Source: the human T2T-CHM13v2.0 reference genome, Homo sapiens. From it: DNA of 64,000 nucleotides. Shown piece by piece: positions 44,213 through 57,701 of this stretch. The notes under the pieces are model-generated. The model worked only from the letters and a program-made list of their open reading frames with translations, was not told the origin of the DNA and did no database searches. Every line of letters begins with the position of its first letter. Within the stretch, counting starts at the first letter, position 1. The stretch lies in assembly GCF_009914755.1 (NCBI RefSeq), contig NC_060925.1; one strand, given 5' to 3'. A program made the translations under genes and the position numbers.

Positions 44213-45739
44213 CACTACACAGATATGTGTAGACACTTGGTCACAAAAGATACATGAAAAAAATTATTAGAATTTTAAAATTTAGAAAATGTTCTCTTTT
44301 GTCCCTTCCACTTCCAATTAGTAATGCATTGAGGAAGAAGTAGTTTATAATATTCTTTAAGTAAGTGTAATACAAAGACTACAATGTTTTCCTATGTTAT
44401 TTTAAATGATATTCAGAGATCAATTTTTATGAAGCTCTAGGAAAAGCATTAATAAAATATTTTAACATCTGAAATAAATATTAGCAAAAATGAATGAATC
44501 ATAACATTTCCCCTCTTAATTCAATATAATTTTCCTCAACATAAATATAATTCAATATAACTTTGCAATATATCACAGCATCAATTTAAATTTCTACAAA
44601 TAAACCCACAAAATGTTTGGCACCATAATAACTTAAGGAAATTATTTTTTTACTCAGTAGTAATTCATGTATATAAATAGATATGAAAGTAAAATGCAAA
44701 TGTACATGTATGAGTGTATATGTGTACGTGCATGTGCGTGTTTTCATACATACGTATTTTCCTTTTAAGTATATTTGTTTTCTGAGTACTAACCAATTAA
44801 TTTTTCCTTAAACCAAGAGTAAGCCTGCATCAAAACCATGAAATGACCTCCTTTTTAAATACTTTGTGAGCAGTTATAAAAACCATTTTTAAAAGTAAAA
44901 AAATAAAACCAAAGGAAATGGCACTTCAGTGAGGGGAAAAAAAATACCTCAGACTACTACCAGCCTTATTTCTTATCTGAGTATTAATAGGTCCCCTAAT
45001 TTAAAGGGGAATAAAACAAGCATGCAATCTTTTAAAGCTGGGATATTATTTTCTTAAAGTGATATTATTTTTAACTTTTAGGCCCAAAGTGATACAAGTT
45101 CAAACCTACAACGTCACCACAGATATCAATGCCTCTGGTCCAAGGTCCACAATAACCACTCGCGTGACTCTAGACACCTCGTGTTATCTGTCAGGGCCTA
45201 CGTCTTTTCACCTATAAAATACAGGACTCGAGCCAGAAGCTTTTGGGCATCGTCTGGTTTTAAGTATAGCACTCCAACCCAGGGTCACTTCAAGACAGGA
45301 TGAAAACTATTTATGCATGGTCTCATAAGAAAACATAGGCATATAAAATCCATTTGAAATATCAGTGTTTAGCTGTAATGAGCTAATTGCTAATCTTCAC
45401 ATAACCATTATGTACACAGTTGGTCAGAAAGAACACATATGGGGCCCTTCAGTGTTGACAGCAAATGACTAGACTTAGAACAGAGGATAAAGAAAAGCAG
45501 TAGACAACCAAATTCAATTCTACCCTTTTCTTTAATAATGTTTCCTATATTAAGTACAAACTAGATTAGTTTAAGTGCAAACGCATCCGAAAAGCACTTC
45601 CTAAAGTATACTCCACAGCTCAGAAATTGCTGAGGCCAATCGATCATCATATATATGTTTGTTCTGGACATAAAGAACATAGCAGCCAGTCTGAGTGAAT
45701 TATTCACCATTCAGAATGCACTTATAAAGATAGATATAA

Positions 45740-45875
45740 GATAAGTTCATAGTCCAATTTATTTTTGGAAATGGAATACCATAAGTCATACTGATTGTTG
45801 GGCATCCATACAGTTTAATGGAACCAGCAGACATACAAAAATGGAAATTACAATTACAAAGTACCAGAATTTTTG
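45740..45875 (-). other. Candidate terminal exon of a minus-strand gene
   Basis: Acceptor gtctttgtttttcgttgcag|CAAAAATTC. Phase-0 frame is open for 29 codons to TGA at 45786-45788. AATAAA at 45758-45763. Confidence 0.5.
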
Positions 45876-47479
45876 CTGCAACGAAAAACAAAGACTATCA
45901 AAAAGAAACTTTTCTGTCTGCAAGGAGAAAGTCTACAAGGAAATAGCAATGATGTTTACAAAAAAATTACAAATACTGTTAACATAGACTCATATGATAA
46001 ATTTCTGAAATGTGTTAAATAGAGGGACGTTCTTTAATCCTGAGTCTAAAAATTATTCACAAACCAAAAGGAAAGCAAAAAGTCACTAATAGGAAGTGAA
46101 ATTATTTCAGCTCAATCCCTAAAAGAGGCAAGAAAAGATCCTTAAACGGAGTAAAAATGTCTATAATGTCAAAGTCAGTTATATGGAAGAAAAATTCCAT
46201 CCCATCCTATCCCTCCTATTCACAATAGACCATTTTTTAAAGCAGGCTGATTTAGAAACAACTCCAAGAGTGAGTTTATGCCAAAGCTCTTCAAGTAACC
46301 CTACAACATGGTGCTCAATTGACAGAGACAGAGAACTGAGTTCAATGGGCCAAATATCTCAACTCGACATTGCTGTGGTGTAATAAATGCTATTTACAAT
46401 ACTATTTCTTTAGGAGGGTTTCTTCTATGTGACACAACTATTATAAAATGTTAATGCTTTTCTGTTAAAATGAAAAATTGTGTTATGGATTAAGCTTTGT
46501 GCACTGTGTTTAAACGAGGGAGGGAAGGAGTATGCTGTCCTTTAATGGATTATGTCTGTAGGGAAGGTGAAGCTATCCATTAAGCTGAAGGGGACTCTGC
46601 CTGAGAGGATGGAGAAACATATCAGGTTGACAGAAACTGAGAGACAAATAATAGGTTCTGTTATGAAGAGGATATGCCTATTCCAAATGTTTGCTTCTAA
46701 ACTAGCTTAGGGAATGCAGCATTAGCAGAAAAAATAATATGTGTTAAATTCAGTTAGTGTTATTGCCAAATCCAGACAGGTAGAATTTTGAGTTGGGAAT
46801 TCATTAGATCGCTGTTTAAAAAAGCATAACACAAAAATATTTCTTTAAAATAAATAACAGTGTTAAAAAACACTTTATAAATACAGCAAAAGTATGTTTT
46901 CCACTTTTGGATGTAATTTATTCAGAGAAAGGAAATTACCAAAGATCCAACACCTGCTAAGAACCAAAGGCTGTATTAAGTGATTAACATACTCTGTAAC
47001 TTGATTCTCATAATCCTTTAGGTAAATATTATTTTAATTCCAATTCAAGGATAGGGAAGATTTAGTCAGTTAACTAAAAATGTCCACAAGCTAAGCATGG
47101 CGCGACCTTCTAAGGGCCCTGTGGGCTTCTTGGGATTCACATTTATCAGTGAAGAGGTATATTGTACAAGTGGTTTTAAATTTGTTTGTTGTTTTTGTTG
47201 TTGTAAAGGCTTTGCATGTACTGTCAGTAGGAGACACCAAAAAAGCAGACACCAATATGACCTAGCCTGGTTTAGGAGTCTGGAAAATTCTCCCAGACAT
47301 AATTTTAAGACTCAAAGTAACTTTCTCTATCACACAACAGTGTGTGGAATGAATACCCTCTGAGTGTGTCTGTCTGACTCTACAGCCTATTTTCTTAGCT
47401 GTCACTTGTTGTGATGTTTGGTTACTATAATCGTTAATTTGTTTCTATTCAAAAAAATAGGTGTATATTTGCTTCCCAA

Positions 47480-48020
47480 TTATCTGGGCAGAATCCATGT
47501 CCAGAAGCCTGGTGTGTGCTTAAACCCCCAAGAAAGTAATGTGATCTCAGTTGCTACTTGTACTGAGGGAAGCCCCCTCCATCCCCCTGCAAAAGGAGAA
47601 CCCAGGGGGAACCTCACCGAAAACCTAGACCAATGGAAATGTGAGCAAGAGCCTAGCAAAACCAGACAGTTCCCCTTTCAAGGCAGGTTTGTTTGCCTTG
47701 ATGTTGGGTAACCTTAAGCTACATAGTTCAAAAGCCACCACTGACAGTCAGATTCCAACTATATATCTTCCTGTTTGGGGACCAAACCTGGTCTTTATAT
47801 CTGCCCTTCAGCTACGCATGACCTCACTGACCTACTCTGATTTGTCAGATCGGAACCCAAAGTGATAACCAGATGTGGTTTGTTTCACTGACGTTGCGAG
47901 TTTTGCTTCCCATTTCTGACATCTACAGCCGGCCAGACCCACTGAGGAACTGGCGCTCACACCCTGCCCATCCATCACCAGGCCTACCACCAATATTTGC
48001 GTGACTCAGATATGGAGGCC
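47480..48020. mobile_element. Probable ancient LTR relic (family uncertain)
   Basis: GC-richer ~540-bp block with an ERVL-LTR-like appearance; not matched to a consensus with confidence. Confidence 0.3.
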
Positions 48021-48451
48021 CCCAGACCTTATTTAACATGTATTTAAAATACAGATCTCAAGCAAATAAACCAATAAGCTAAATTTAACCTCAATCTGTC
48101 ACCTTTCTCTTCAGCCCTACCATGCATTATCTCTAAACAGAGTTCAATTTTCTGAGTTTGAAGATTGTTTTCATTTTGCTACTAAATGAATCCACCCTAA
48201 TGGAAGTAGCGCTTGACACTTCAGGTGCAGTTATTAACTGATATATTAAAAAACTCATTTAAAATACCTCAAATACAATAACTGAAGTTACATAATTCCA
48301 GACATGAATAAACCTCAAATGGCTAGAACCGGAATGAATATTTGAATGTGCCATAGAATCTACGTTGCTTCTCAATGTAGATCTTTTTCAGCTTTAACTC
48401 AACCTTGAATTTATTTTTCCTATAAGAGGAGCAAATTGAAATCTCACTCAC

Positions 48452-48494
48452 AGCCAAGACCTCATCATGGCGGCAACAGGAGCGAGAGATCGGA
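48452..48494 (-). other. Candidate 43-nt internal exon
   Basis: ttttttctactgctttcctcttcag|TCCGATCTCTCGCTCCTGTTGCCGCCATGATGAGGTCTTGGCT|gtgagt. GC- and CpG-rich in an AT-rich context. Confidence 0.6.
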
Positions 48495-50689
48495 CTGAAG
48501 AGGAAAGCAGTAGAAAAAAGCTTACACAAAGAAACCCTTCCAGGCAGTGTGTACTTGGCTTCAGGGATTTAATGATGGCTTTGAAATAACATCGTTAAAG
48601 AAGAAGCCACACTGAAAAACCTTAAGCTTAGGTAACTATGTATGCAGAGCATGAGAAATCTCTGCAAACGGTAAATAAAGCTGTCTTTACCAAGAAGAGA
48701 CAATGCTGGCCCAGTTTAATTAGGGCACAAAACAACATGGGACACCCCAAAGGGGATTAATTGTACTTGGATATCAAAATAAAGTAGAATCAAACCACTG
48801 CAGAGTACCCCGTAAGCCACAGTGGGACAATTATTAATAAGGAACATTATGTTAACATAAGCCTATCTCTACACTCTATAAATTGTTGTACAAACATACA
48901 TTAGCCATAAAATAAATTACATAATATTTTCATCCCAATGTCAACACCTACCTAAGTATATAGGCATTTTCAACGTATTCTTTTATTTATGACAATTATC
49001 TATGACTAAGATTGAAAAGGCTGGATTGAGGTTAGTCCTAATAATGATTTCAATACAAACTGTCATGCATGGAGTGTACAGGCTAATAAACACTTCTCTT
49101 TAAAGGATGTGAAATTAGCTGGGCCTTTTCCTGGCTAGTTTGCTACATGTGACATTAACATATGATATGCTGTGATAACTGATGCATTCAGAAGGAGGCT
49201 TTGTTAATAGGATTTAGGTGTTGACATATTAATAATAAGAATAACTAATTTTGAAAAATAACAGGCACTGAGAAGGTCCCACATAGGTAAATCATTGCAA
49301 AAATTACAAATCCAAATGCTGAACACAGGTAAAGTTCGGTCAATTAAATGAAGAATCTGACATGGGCTGGATGGGTCATTAGTGAATTGGAAAGAGTATC
49401 TCTTATCTAAAAACATGCAATTTTTTTTTCAATTAAGCAAATATGCAAACCAAGAAAAACATGCTGAACAAAAGCACTTCGTTTCTATCCGATGCTAACA
49501 CAGAAAATTTGTACAATAAAATGAAGAGCATCAACAGAGTGTTACATTCAGAAGAACATGAAGACAACTACCCTACCTACACCAGATGACAGATGATAAA
49601 CATTTATATCTTAATACAAATTTTGTTGATTATAGCATTTTGTATTGTAACAAGTGCTAAGTCAATTTATATGCTGTTAAATAGTTTTGTCAGTGAAAAT
49701 GTGTTGCTTAAAGGTAATTATGCCACACTGTATCTAAATTAACTTGTTTCTCTGAATATTATTTTTTACATCAAGGATTCTACAGAAGCAGAAAAACCCA
49801 TTGGATGGTTGTATCTGAGACCTTTTTATTCAATAATAAAATGATTATTATTAAAAAGAGAAAAGATAAAAGTTTAGGGAAATTCCGTAAAAAGTAATTC
49901 TCCAGAGAGACAACTGAATCTTTAATTTAGTGAATCCTGATAATTGCTTATCTTTGAAGTTTGAACTTTAATTATAATATGCAAGATAGAAATGAAAATC
50001 TCTTTAAGCAGCCACTTAAGGATGATCAGTGGCAGGTGGATTTATAAAGTCTAATCTGGCCTTTGTTTCAAAGTATGAATTTAAACAACTCAATCTTTAA
50101 ATGTCCAAATAAGATTACTTGTATTTAGTAAGCATCTAACTGGACATGTGGTTAATAAGGTTTACCACCTAAACTACCAGAATGTGGAAGTTAAAAACTA
50201 CGGCTGTCTAAGCAGGTAGTCATTTGTAATTTTCTTTTAGAATTCTGTATCTCCTTTTCACTGCTAAATTGATAACCATTTGAAGTAAGATTCCAGTTGG
50301 GAAAAAGCTGTCAAGTACAATTTACATCATAAATAGAATCCTGTAATTAGAAGTACCCAGAGAGATATCTTGACATTTCATTTGTCTGTTAGGTTGATGC
50401 CCATCCGGAGTAGTGAAACATGTATCACATCTTTATTAATAAGATGCTTCATTTTTATTGGAACAAAAAAGTGGAACAAAAAATATAAACCTAATAAAAG
50501 GTGAACCTAACTATTGCATCATGATCTGTAACACAGCAAGGATTCTATGGACGATCAGAATATGACTTGAAAGTCTTTACCATCACTAACAATCAATATA
50601 TGTGGTTGTAGGGAAGACAGTTCTCTATCTCAGGCCCAAAAGTGGGCTCCTCTACTCACCCTGTAATTCCTATCCTAGTCTTTTGTTCT

Positions 50690-51240
50690 CCTCATTCCTC
50701 TGGGATATTTTATCTATAATATATCTTCAGTTATCATCAGTTTGCGTTGATTCTCAAATCTGTATCTTCATCTCAGTACAATGTCCTTAGATCCTGGCAC
50801 ATACCTCTGACTGTTCAGTGCACATTTCTGTGTGATTGTGATGCAAGAACCTGAAGTATATGCCCTTAAATCAATTCTTTCTCTACCCTGACTCCCAATC
50901 AGCTCTGTTTTCAGCGTTTCTATGTCCACCATTTGCCCATTTTTTTTTTTTTCTGGAATCATCCTTGACTCATCCCTCCTATTTTTCCTTCACATCTAAT
51001 CTACCTCAAAGTCCTTTCGGATCTGCCTTCAGCATGTGCCTTGATGACATTGTCTTCATAACCACCTACACTGTTGCAGTCCTTGTCCTGGCTATCATCA
51101 GCTGTTGCCTACACAGGGGTGATGGAGCTCTTATGTCCTCCACCACCCGCCCCCGCAAGTCATTCTCCACAATGAAACCAGAGCAAAATCTATAAAACAA
51201 TATCTTCACATATGCTTGAAAACCTTCATTGTTCCTCATT
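50690..51240. mobile_element. L2 fragment
   Basis: gattctcaaatctgtatct and ctggaatcatccttgactc motifs. Confidence 0.7.
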
Positions 51241-52325
51241 AATCTCCAGTGAGATTTGGAGAGATAAGTTATTGCTCTCAGAAAGACATAGCGGGTCTGA
51301 TGCGGTAAGAAACGGAAGCAAAGTGTCCAGCAGTTCTCAGATAATTCTCTGTCCTCTTTTCCATGTCCATTTCATCTGCCTACCTTCTAGCCTTATGGAT
51401 CAAGGGCAATGCCAGGCGCTCCACCAGACCCTTGGATGTGCACAGGCAGAGGAAGTAGTTGCACAGAGGCAGGAGTCTCCCATTGATCTCCCTGCAATCC
51501 TCCCTTTTTGTTTCATCTGCAGTGGCTGTACCTGCTTGACTTCCCAGATTTTCCCATTAGTCAACTGTTAAAAGCGAAAATAAAGCAGCAAGGGAAAATG
51601 AAATGTTACAAACAGCAGAAGAATGAGCACATTTTAGCTGATTTCTTATAAGAATCCATGGGGTCAGAAGAAGGTAGAGCAGTAACTGTAAAGTGCTAAA
51701 AGAAAAAAAATACTCAGAATTCTCTCTCTAGTGAAGATATCCTTCAAAAATGTGGGACAAATAAAGACATTTTCAGATAAAAGAAAACTGACAGTATTCT
51801 TTTTCAAGAGATCTGCTTTATAAGAGATGATAAATAAAGTCCTTTAGGGTGCATGGAAATGATACCAGAGAGGAACACAAATTGGCAGAATGGAACTGGA
51901 ACGAAGAATATTAGACGTGGCAAATGTCCAAGTAAATGCAAAAAAAGAGAGAAGGAATGATTTTCCTATTTATTCCTCTTCATTTCTATATACATTATAT
52001 GTTTCAAGTAAAATTATAATATTTCTTATAAAGTATATAACCTAGAGTATGTGATACGATACCATATCATATTAGTAATTATAAAAAATTAGGGAGTGGC
52101 ATGAACTCATATGGTTGCAAAATTTTTATATTTTATATGAGTTAGTATAATATTAACAACGCTTAGATTATAAAAAGTTAAGGGCATATATTTCATACTG
52201 TAGAGCAACCAGTAAACACACACACACACACGCGCACACATGTGCACACACAAAAGAAGTCTAGCTAAAAGGCCAATAGACAAAATAGAATTCTAAAAAG
52301 ATTTAATTAATTTGGCAAAAGTCAG

Positions 52326-53101
52326 TGTCAATGAAAAGAGTCAAACTCTGTAAAACATTTGAAGAGATTTATTCTAAGCCAAATATGAGTGACCATGGCC
52401 TGTGCCATGGCACTCAGGAGGTCCTGAGAATGTATACCCAAGGTAGTCAGGTGCAGCTTGATTTTATATATTTTAGGGAGGTATGAGACATCAATCAAAT
52501 ACATTTAAGAAATACATTGCTTTGGTCCAGAAAGGCGGGACAACTCCAAGGAAGGGGAGTGCTTCCAGGCTATACGTAAATTTAAACACTTTCTGGATGA
52601 AAATTGGTTGAGTTTGTCTAAAGACCTGGGATCCATAGAAAGGAGATGTTCAGGTTAAGATTAAAGATGGTGGAGACCAATATTCTTTGGAAGTTTTACA
52701 GTGGCTGCCCTTAGAGACAATAGATGACAAATGTTTCCTATTCAGATCTTAAAAAGGTGCTAGACTTTCAGTTCATCTCTTTAGGATTGGGAGGGCCTGG
52801 AAGAAAAAAATGTAGCTATGTTAATAGAGATTCTTTACAGATGCAATTTTTCCCTCACAAAGGACAGCTTTGTAGGGTGATTTCAAGATATGGCAAAGAA
52901 ACATGTTTTGGGGTAAAATATTTTGATTTCCTTCCTTGTCTCTTAACCTTATGCCAGAGTCAGGTTGGAAAGTAAGTCACAATATACGGGGTTAAATAAA
53001 ACCCAGCTGATGATAATTTATTTATGATTATTAGAGCATGACTCCCCAGACCCCTTAGATAGGAATGTGGGCAAGACAAAAAAATCAGAGCTTAGTCCTC
53101 A
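52326..53101 (-). mobile_element. MER4E/E1-like ERV1 solo LTR
   Basis: tgtcaatgaaaagagtcaaactctg ... agagcttagtcctca. 4-bp TSD tcag. Confidence 0.88.
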
Positions 53102-53261
53102 TCAGTAAAGGAGAAACTGAGGAACAAAAAACAGACGAGATAAGTAAACACCAAATAATAAAATAGTAGACTCCATGCCAAGTATATGAAAAATTACATT
53201 AAATGTTAATGGACAATGGCTAAAAGTTGAGGTTATCGAAATGGATTTCAAAACTAGTCCG

Positions 53262-53665
53262 TGTCAGGCCTCTGAGCCCAAGCTAAGCCATCATATCCCC
53301 TGTGACCTGCACGTACACATCCAGATGGCCGGTTCCTGCCTTAACTGATGACATTCCACCACAAAAGAAATGAAAATGGCCTGTTCCTGCCTTAACTGAT
53401 GGCATTATCTTGTGAAATTCCTTCTCCTGGCTCATCCTGGCTCAAAGGCTCCCATACTGAGCACCTTGTGACCCCCACTCCTGCCTGCCAGAGAACAACT
53501 CCCCTTTTTCCTTTACCTACCCAAATCCTATAAAACAGCCCCACCCCTGTCTCCCTTTGCTGACTCTCTTTTCGAACTCAGCCTGCCTACACCCAGGTGA
53601 AATAAACAGCTTTATCGCTCACGCAAAGCCTGTTTGGTGGTCTCTTCCCATGGATGCGCATGGAA
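53262..53665 (+). mobile_element. HERV-H solo LTR7
   Basis: Starts tgtcaggcctctgagcccaagctaagcc. TATA at 53529, AATAAA at 53601, ends gcgcatggaa. Confidence 0.95.
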
Positions 53666-53789
53666 GTTCCAACTACAGGATGTCTACAAAAGTCATGCTT
53701 CAAATACAAAGAGATAAAGATGAAAGTAAATATATGGAAAACATCTATCATGCAAACAGCAAGCATGGGAAAGCTGCAGTGACCAACAA

Positions 53790-54080
53790 CTGTTGTCATC
53801 ACCTAGGAAGGCAGATGAACCCCCTCCACCACCCAAAAGTTGGCTCAGATGTCAAGACAGATGAAGCTACACATGCACACATTCCAAAAGGGTGTGAAAA
53901 GGTTTATCACTTACGTAACTGAGGCACCTGGGGAGAGCTGGGCAGACCCCTAAGGCAGGTTCGAAATGGTTGGCTTGAGTTGTTATTGTCGCTGCTGGGG
54001 AGGGCTGGGGTGAGAGTTCCTGCGCTCAGGCCTTGGCTTGTGAGGTTTTAATCTCTCGCCTGCACCAAAGGAGGAAACAT
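53790..54080 (-). mobile_element. Truncated ERVL-class LTR (MER76-like)
   Basis: aagggtgtgaaaaggtttatcacttac...ctggggagagctgggcag. Confidence 0.5.
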
Positions 54081-54379
54081 TAAGGATAAAAGAAAGAAGT
54101 AAAGATGGATTATTTGAATTCTCACCTTAAAAAATTAGAAAAAGACCAAACTGCACCCAAAGTAAGTTGAAGGCAAGACAAAATAAAGATAAAAGAACAA
54201 AATTCAATGACATAGACAAACAATGGAGAATCAATGAAACCAAAAGATGGTTCTTTGAAAGGATTGCTAAAATGGCCTGTAGCTAAACTAATTAAAAGAA
54301 AATGAAAAAAGACAAACTGGTAATATCAAGGATAAAAGAAGGAAAATACCTATCCCTTGTACATTAAAGTGATAATATG

Positions 54380-54675
54380 GGCCATGCATGGTGGATTACA
54401 TGCCTGTAATCCCAGCATTTTGGGAGGCAGAGGCATGTTCAAGGAGCACAGGAGTTCAAGACCAGCCTGGGCAACACAGTAAGACCCTGTCTCTACAAAA
54501 AATACAAAAATTAGCTGCGCATAGTGGCATGCACCTCTAGCCCCAAAGCTATTCGGGAGGCTGAGGTGGGAGGATCACTTGATTCCCAGAGGCAGCGGTT
54601 GCAGTGAGCCAAGATCATACCACTGCACTCCAGCCTCGGTGACAGACCGAGACTCTGTCTCAAAAATAAATAAAT
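54380..54675 (+). mobile_element. AluJ
   Basis: Forward Alu. TSD aaa(g/a)tgataatatg. Confidence 0.92.
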
Positions 54676-55106
54676 AAAATGATAATATGGGAGTATCATG
54701 AACAAGTTAATTTCAATATACTTGACAGCCTGTGTACAATGAACTCATTTCTCAAATGTCAAATTTTACCAAAACTGATGCTCCCCCACAAAAATAAAAA
54801 AGTCAAATCCAATTAAAAACTAAAAAGTTTCCCCAAAACAAATTTTGACATGGCTATACTGCTGTATTCTTTCAGATATTTAAATAGAACTGTTACCAAC
54901 CTGACATAAATTCTTTAAGAAAATATTACATAGGTGACAGAATGCTTTATAATTCATTTGATTTGACTTAAGATATTGAAACCAAAGATATCTTAAGAAA
55001 ACAAAGCTACAAATGCTTATTCCTCATGAACACAGATACAAAACTATATCACAAATATTTAGACATTGTAAACAACAATACGTAAAAGAACAATGCCTCA
55101 TGACCA

Positions 55107-55902
55107 TGGGTATTAGTCAGGGTTCTCCACAGAGACAGACCAGTAGGATATAGAGAGAAAGATACAGATATGTGAGCTGGGACTTATTAGGGGAATTGGC
55201 TCACATGATCATGGAGGCTGAGCAGTCCCACGATAGGTTGTCTGCAAGCTGGAAAACCAGGGAAGCCGGTAGAGTGACTCAGAGTACAAAGGCCTCAGAA
55301 CCATGAAAGCCAATGGTGCAATTCCCAGTCTAAGGCCAAACGCCTGAAAATGGGGTGGGTGGAAGGGACTGGTGTAGGATGTCAGTTCCAGACTTCAAAG
55401 GCCAGAGAACCTGGAGTTCTGATGTTCAAGGGCAGGAGGAGAAGGGTGTCTCAGCTCCAGAAGAGAGAGAGAAAACTCAACTCTTTCCTTCTGCATTTTT
55501 TTTTTGATGGAGCCTTGCTCCATCTCCCAGGAGGGACGGCAATGGCTCGATCTCGGCTCACTGCAGCCTCTGCCTCTAGGATTCCAGGGATTCTCCTGCC
55601 TCAGCCTCCTGGGTAGCTGGGATTACAGGTGCAGGCCACCACACCTGGCTAATTTTTGTATTTTTAGTAGAGACAGGGTTTCACCATGTTGGTCAGGCTG
55701 GTCCTTTTTGTTCTAGCCAGGTGCCCAGCCAATTAGATGGTACTTGAACACTGAAGGTGGATCTTTCCTTACTGAGAGTACTGATTCAAATGCCAGTCTC
55801 TTCCAGAAACACCCTCACAATCACATCTAGCAATAAATGCTTTACCAGCTATCTCTGTATGTCCTAATCCAGTCAAATTGACACCTAAAATTAACCATCA
55901 CT
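55107..55902 (-). mobile_element. MLT2B-like solo LTR containing a truncated Alu (55496-55703, minus)
   Basis: gtattagtcagggttctcc ... ccagtcaaattgacacctaaaattaaccatcac. Confidence 0.85.
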
Positions 55903-56599
55903 GTTAGGATTATTTAAGAAATTAAGGTTTTCCAACATTTAAAATTAATGTAAGTCACCATGTTGATGGATTAAAGGAAAAACCGTATAACTATTCAATA
56001 GATACAAAAAAAAGCACTTGAAAATATTCAACTCACACTCATGATAAAGCCTCTGAGTAAACTAAGAATACAAGAGAATTTCCTAAAACTGATTAAGGGC
56101 ATCTAGGATAAGAACTACAACTAACATTATACCTAACACCAAAAGGCTTAGTGATTTCTATTTAAGATCAGGATCAGGGCAAGAATGTTTACTTTCAAAA
56201 CTTACATCCAAAATTGCACTGAAGGTCCTAACCCAGTGCAGTAAGGCAAGAAAAATAAACAAAAGCCATAAAGATTTGGAAGGGAAAAGTATAAATTTTA
56301 ACTTGCAATGATATGCTCAAGTATGTATAAATTCTTTAGGAATCTACCAAAAAAATCTATAATTAATTGTAATAATAATGCCAACCCATCTCTTTCACAA
56401 ATAAAAATTAACTCAAAATGGATCATAAACTTAAATATGACAGACAAAGTCATATAACTACTGGAAAAAAATCCAAGGGGAAAATCTTTGTGACATTGAA
56501 TAAGGAAAGATTTCATAAATAGAACACAAAAATACAATCTAGAAAAGAACAAAACAACGCAAAAAATAAACTTCTTCAAAATCAGCAACCTTTACCCTT

Positions 56600-57701
56600 T
56601 GTATTAGTTAGGGCTCTCCAGAGAAAGAGAAAAAATGGTATGTGTGTGTGTGTGTGTGTGTGTGAGAGACAGAAAGAGAGATAGAGGGCAACAAAGAAAT
56701 AGAGATTTATTTTAAGAAATTGGCTCATGCAATTGTGCAGACTTGGTAAATCCAAAATTTGCAGGGTAGGCCTGCAGTTCAGCTCAAAGCGAGTCTGCTG
56801 GCAGAATTCCTTCTTGCCCAGTGTGATGATTAATGTTGTGTCAACTTGACTGAGCTAAGGGATGCCCAGATAGCTGGTAAAATATTGTTTCTGGTATGCC
56901 TGTGAGAATGTTTCTGGAAGAGACTAGCATTTCATTCAGTAGACTGAGTAAAGAAGATCCACCCTCACCAATGTGGGTGGGCACCATTCAATCCATTGAG
57001 GCCTCACATAGAACAAAAACATGGAAGAAGGGTGAACTCACTCTCTCTGCTTGCGCTGGGACACCCATCTGCTCCTGCTCTTAAATATGGATGTTCCTGG
57101 TGTTGGGGCTTTTGAACTTGGACAGAAACTTACTCCAGTGGCCCCTTACTCTCAGGCCTTTGAACTTAGAATCACACTAAAGGCTTTCCTAGTTTTCTAG
57201 CTTGCAGATGGCAGATTGTGGGACTTTTTGGCCTCTATAACCATGTGAGGCAATTACTATTTATTTTATATATATATAGTCCTATTTTATATATAGTCAA
57301 TTTTATAAATATTTATATATTTATATATATTTTATATATTTATATATTATATATTACATATTATAATATTTATATGTATTTCAATTTTATAAATATGTAT
57401 ATTTTATATATATTTATAAAATTCCTATATATATATATATATATACAGTCCTGTTTGTTCTGTTTCTCTGGAAAACCTTAACTAATACACTGAAGGGAGG
57501 TTAGTCTTTGGTTTATTAAGGCCTTATATTAATTATAGAGGTTTACTCACATTAGGCAGGATAATCTGTTTACTTTAAGTACACTCACTTAAATTTTAAT
57601 CTCATCCAAAAAGCACCTTCACCAAAATATCTAGAATAATGTTTGACTCACTATCTGGGCACTGTGTCTCAGTCAAGTTGGCCATAAAATTTACCCTCAC
57701 A
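56600..57701 (-). mobile_element. MLT2D-like LTR split by an oppositely oriented MLT2C-like LTR (56822-57489, plus)
   Basis: Outer tgtattagttagggctctcc...aaaatttaccctcaca with TSD ccctt/ctctt. Inner tgtgatgattaat...actaataca with a (TA)-rich expansion. Confidence 0.82.

Noticed and set aside
50860-51571. Adjacent ORFs of 111 and 119 aa
   Set aside because: They lie largely in L2 and other old repeat sequence and show no coding features.
53557-53922. 121-aa ORF starting in LTR7
   Set aside because: TTG start; a chance read-through across LTR7, decayed L1 endonuclease sequence and another LTR.
57255-57445. Long AT-rich tract as a possible origin or special element
   Set aside because: It is a (TA)n expansion at the usual position inside an MLT2 LTR.
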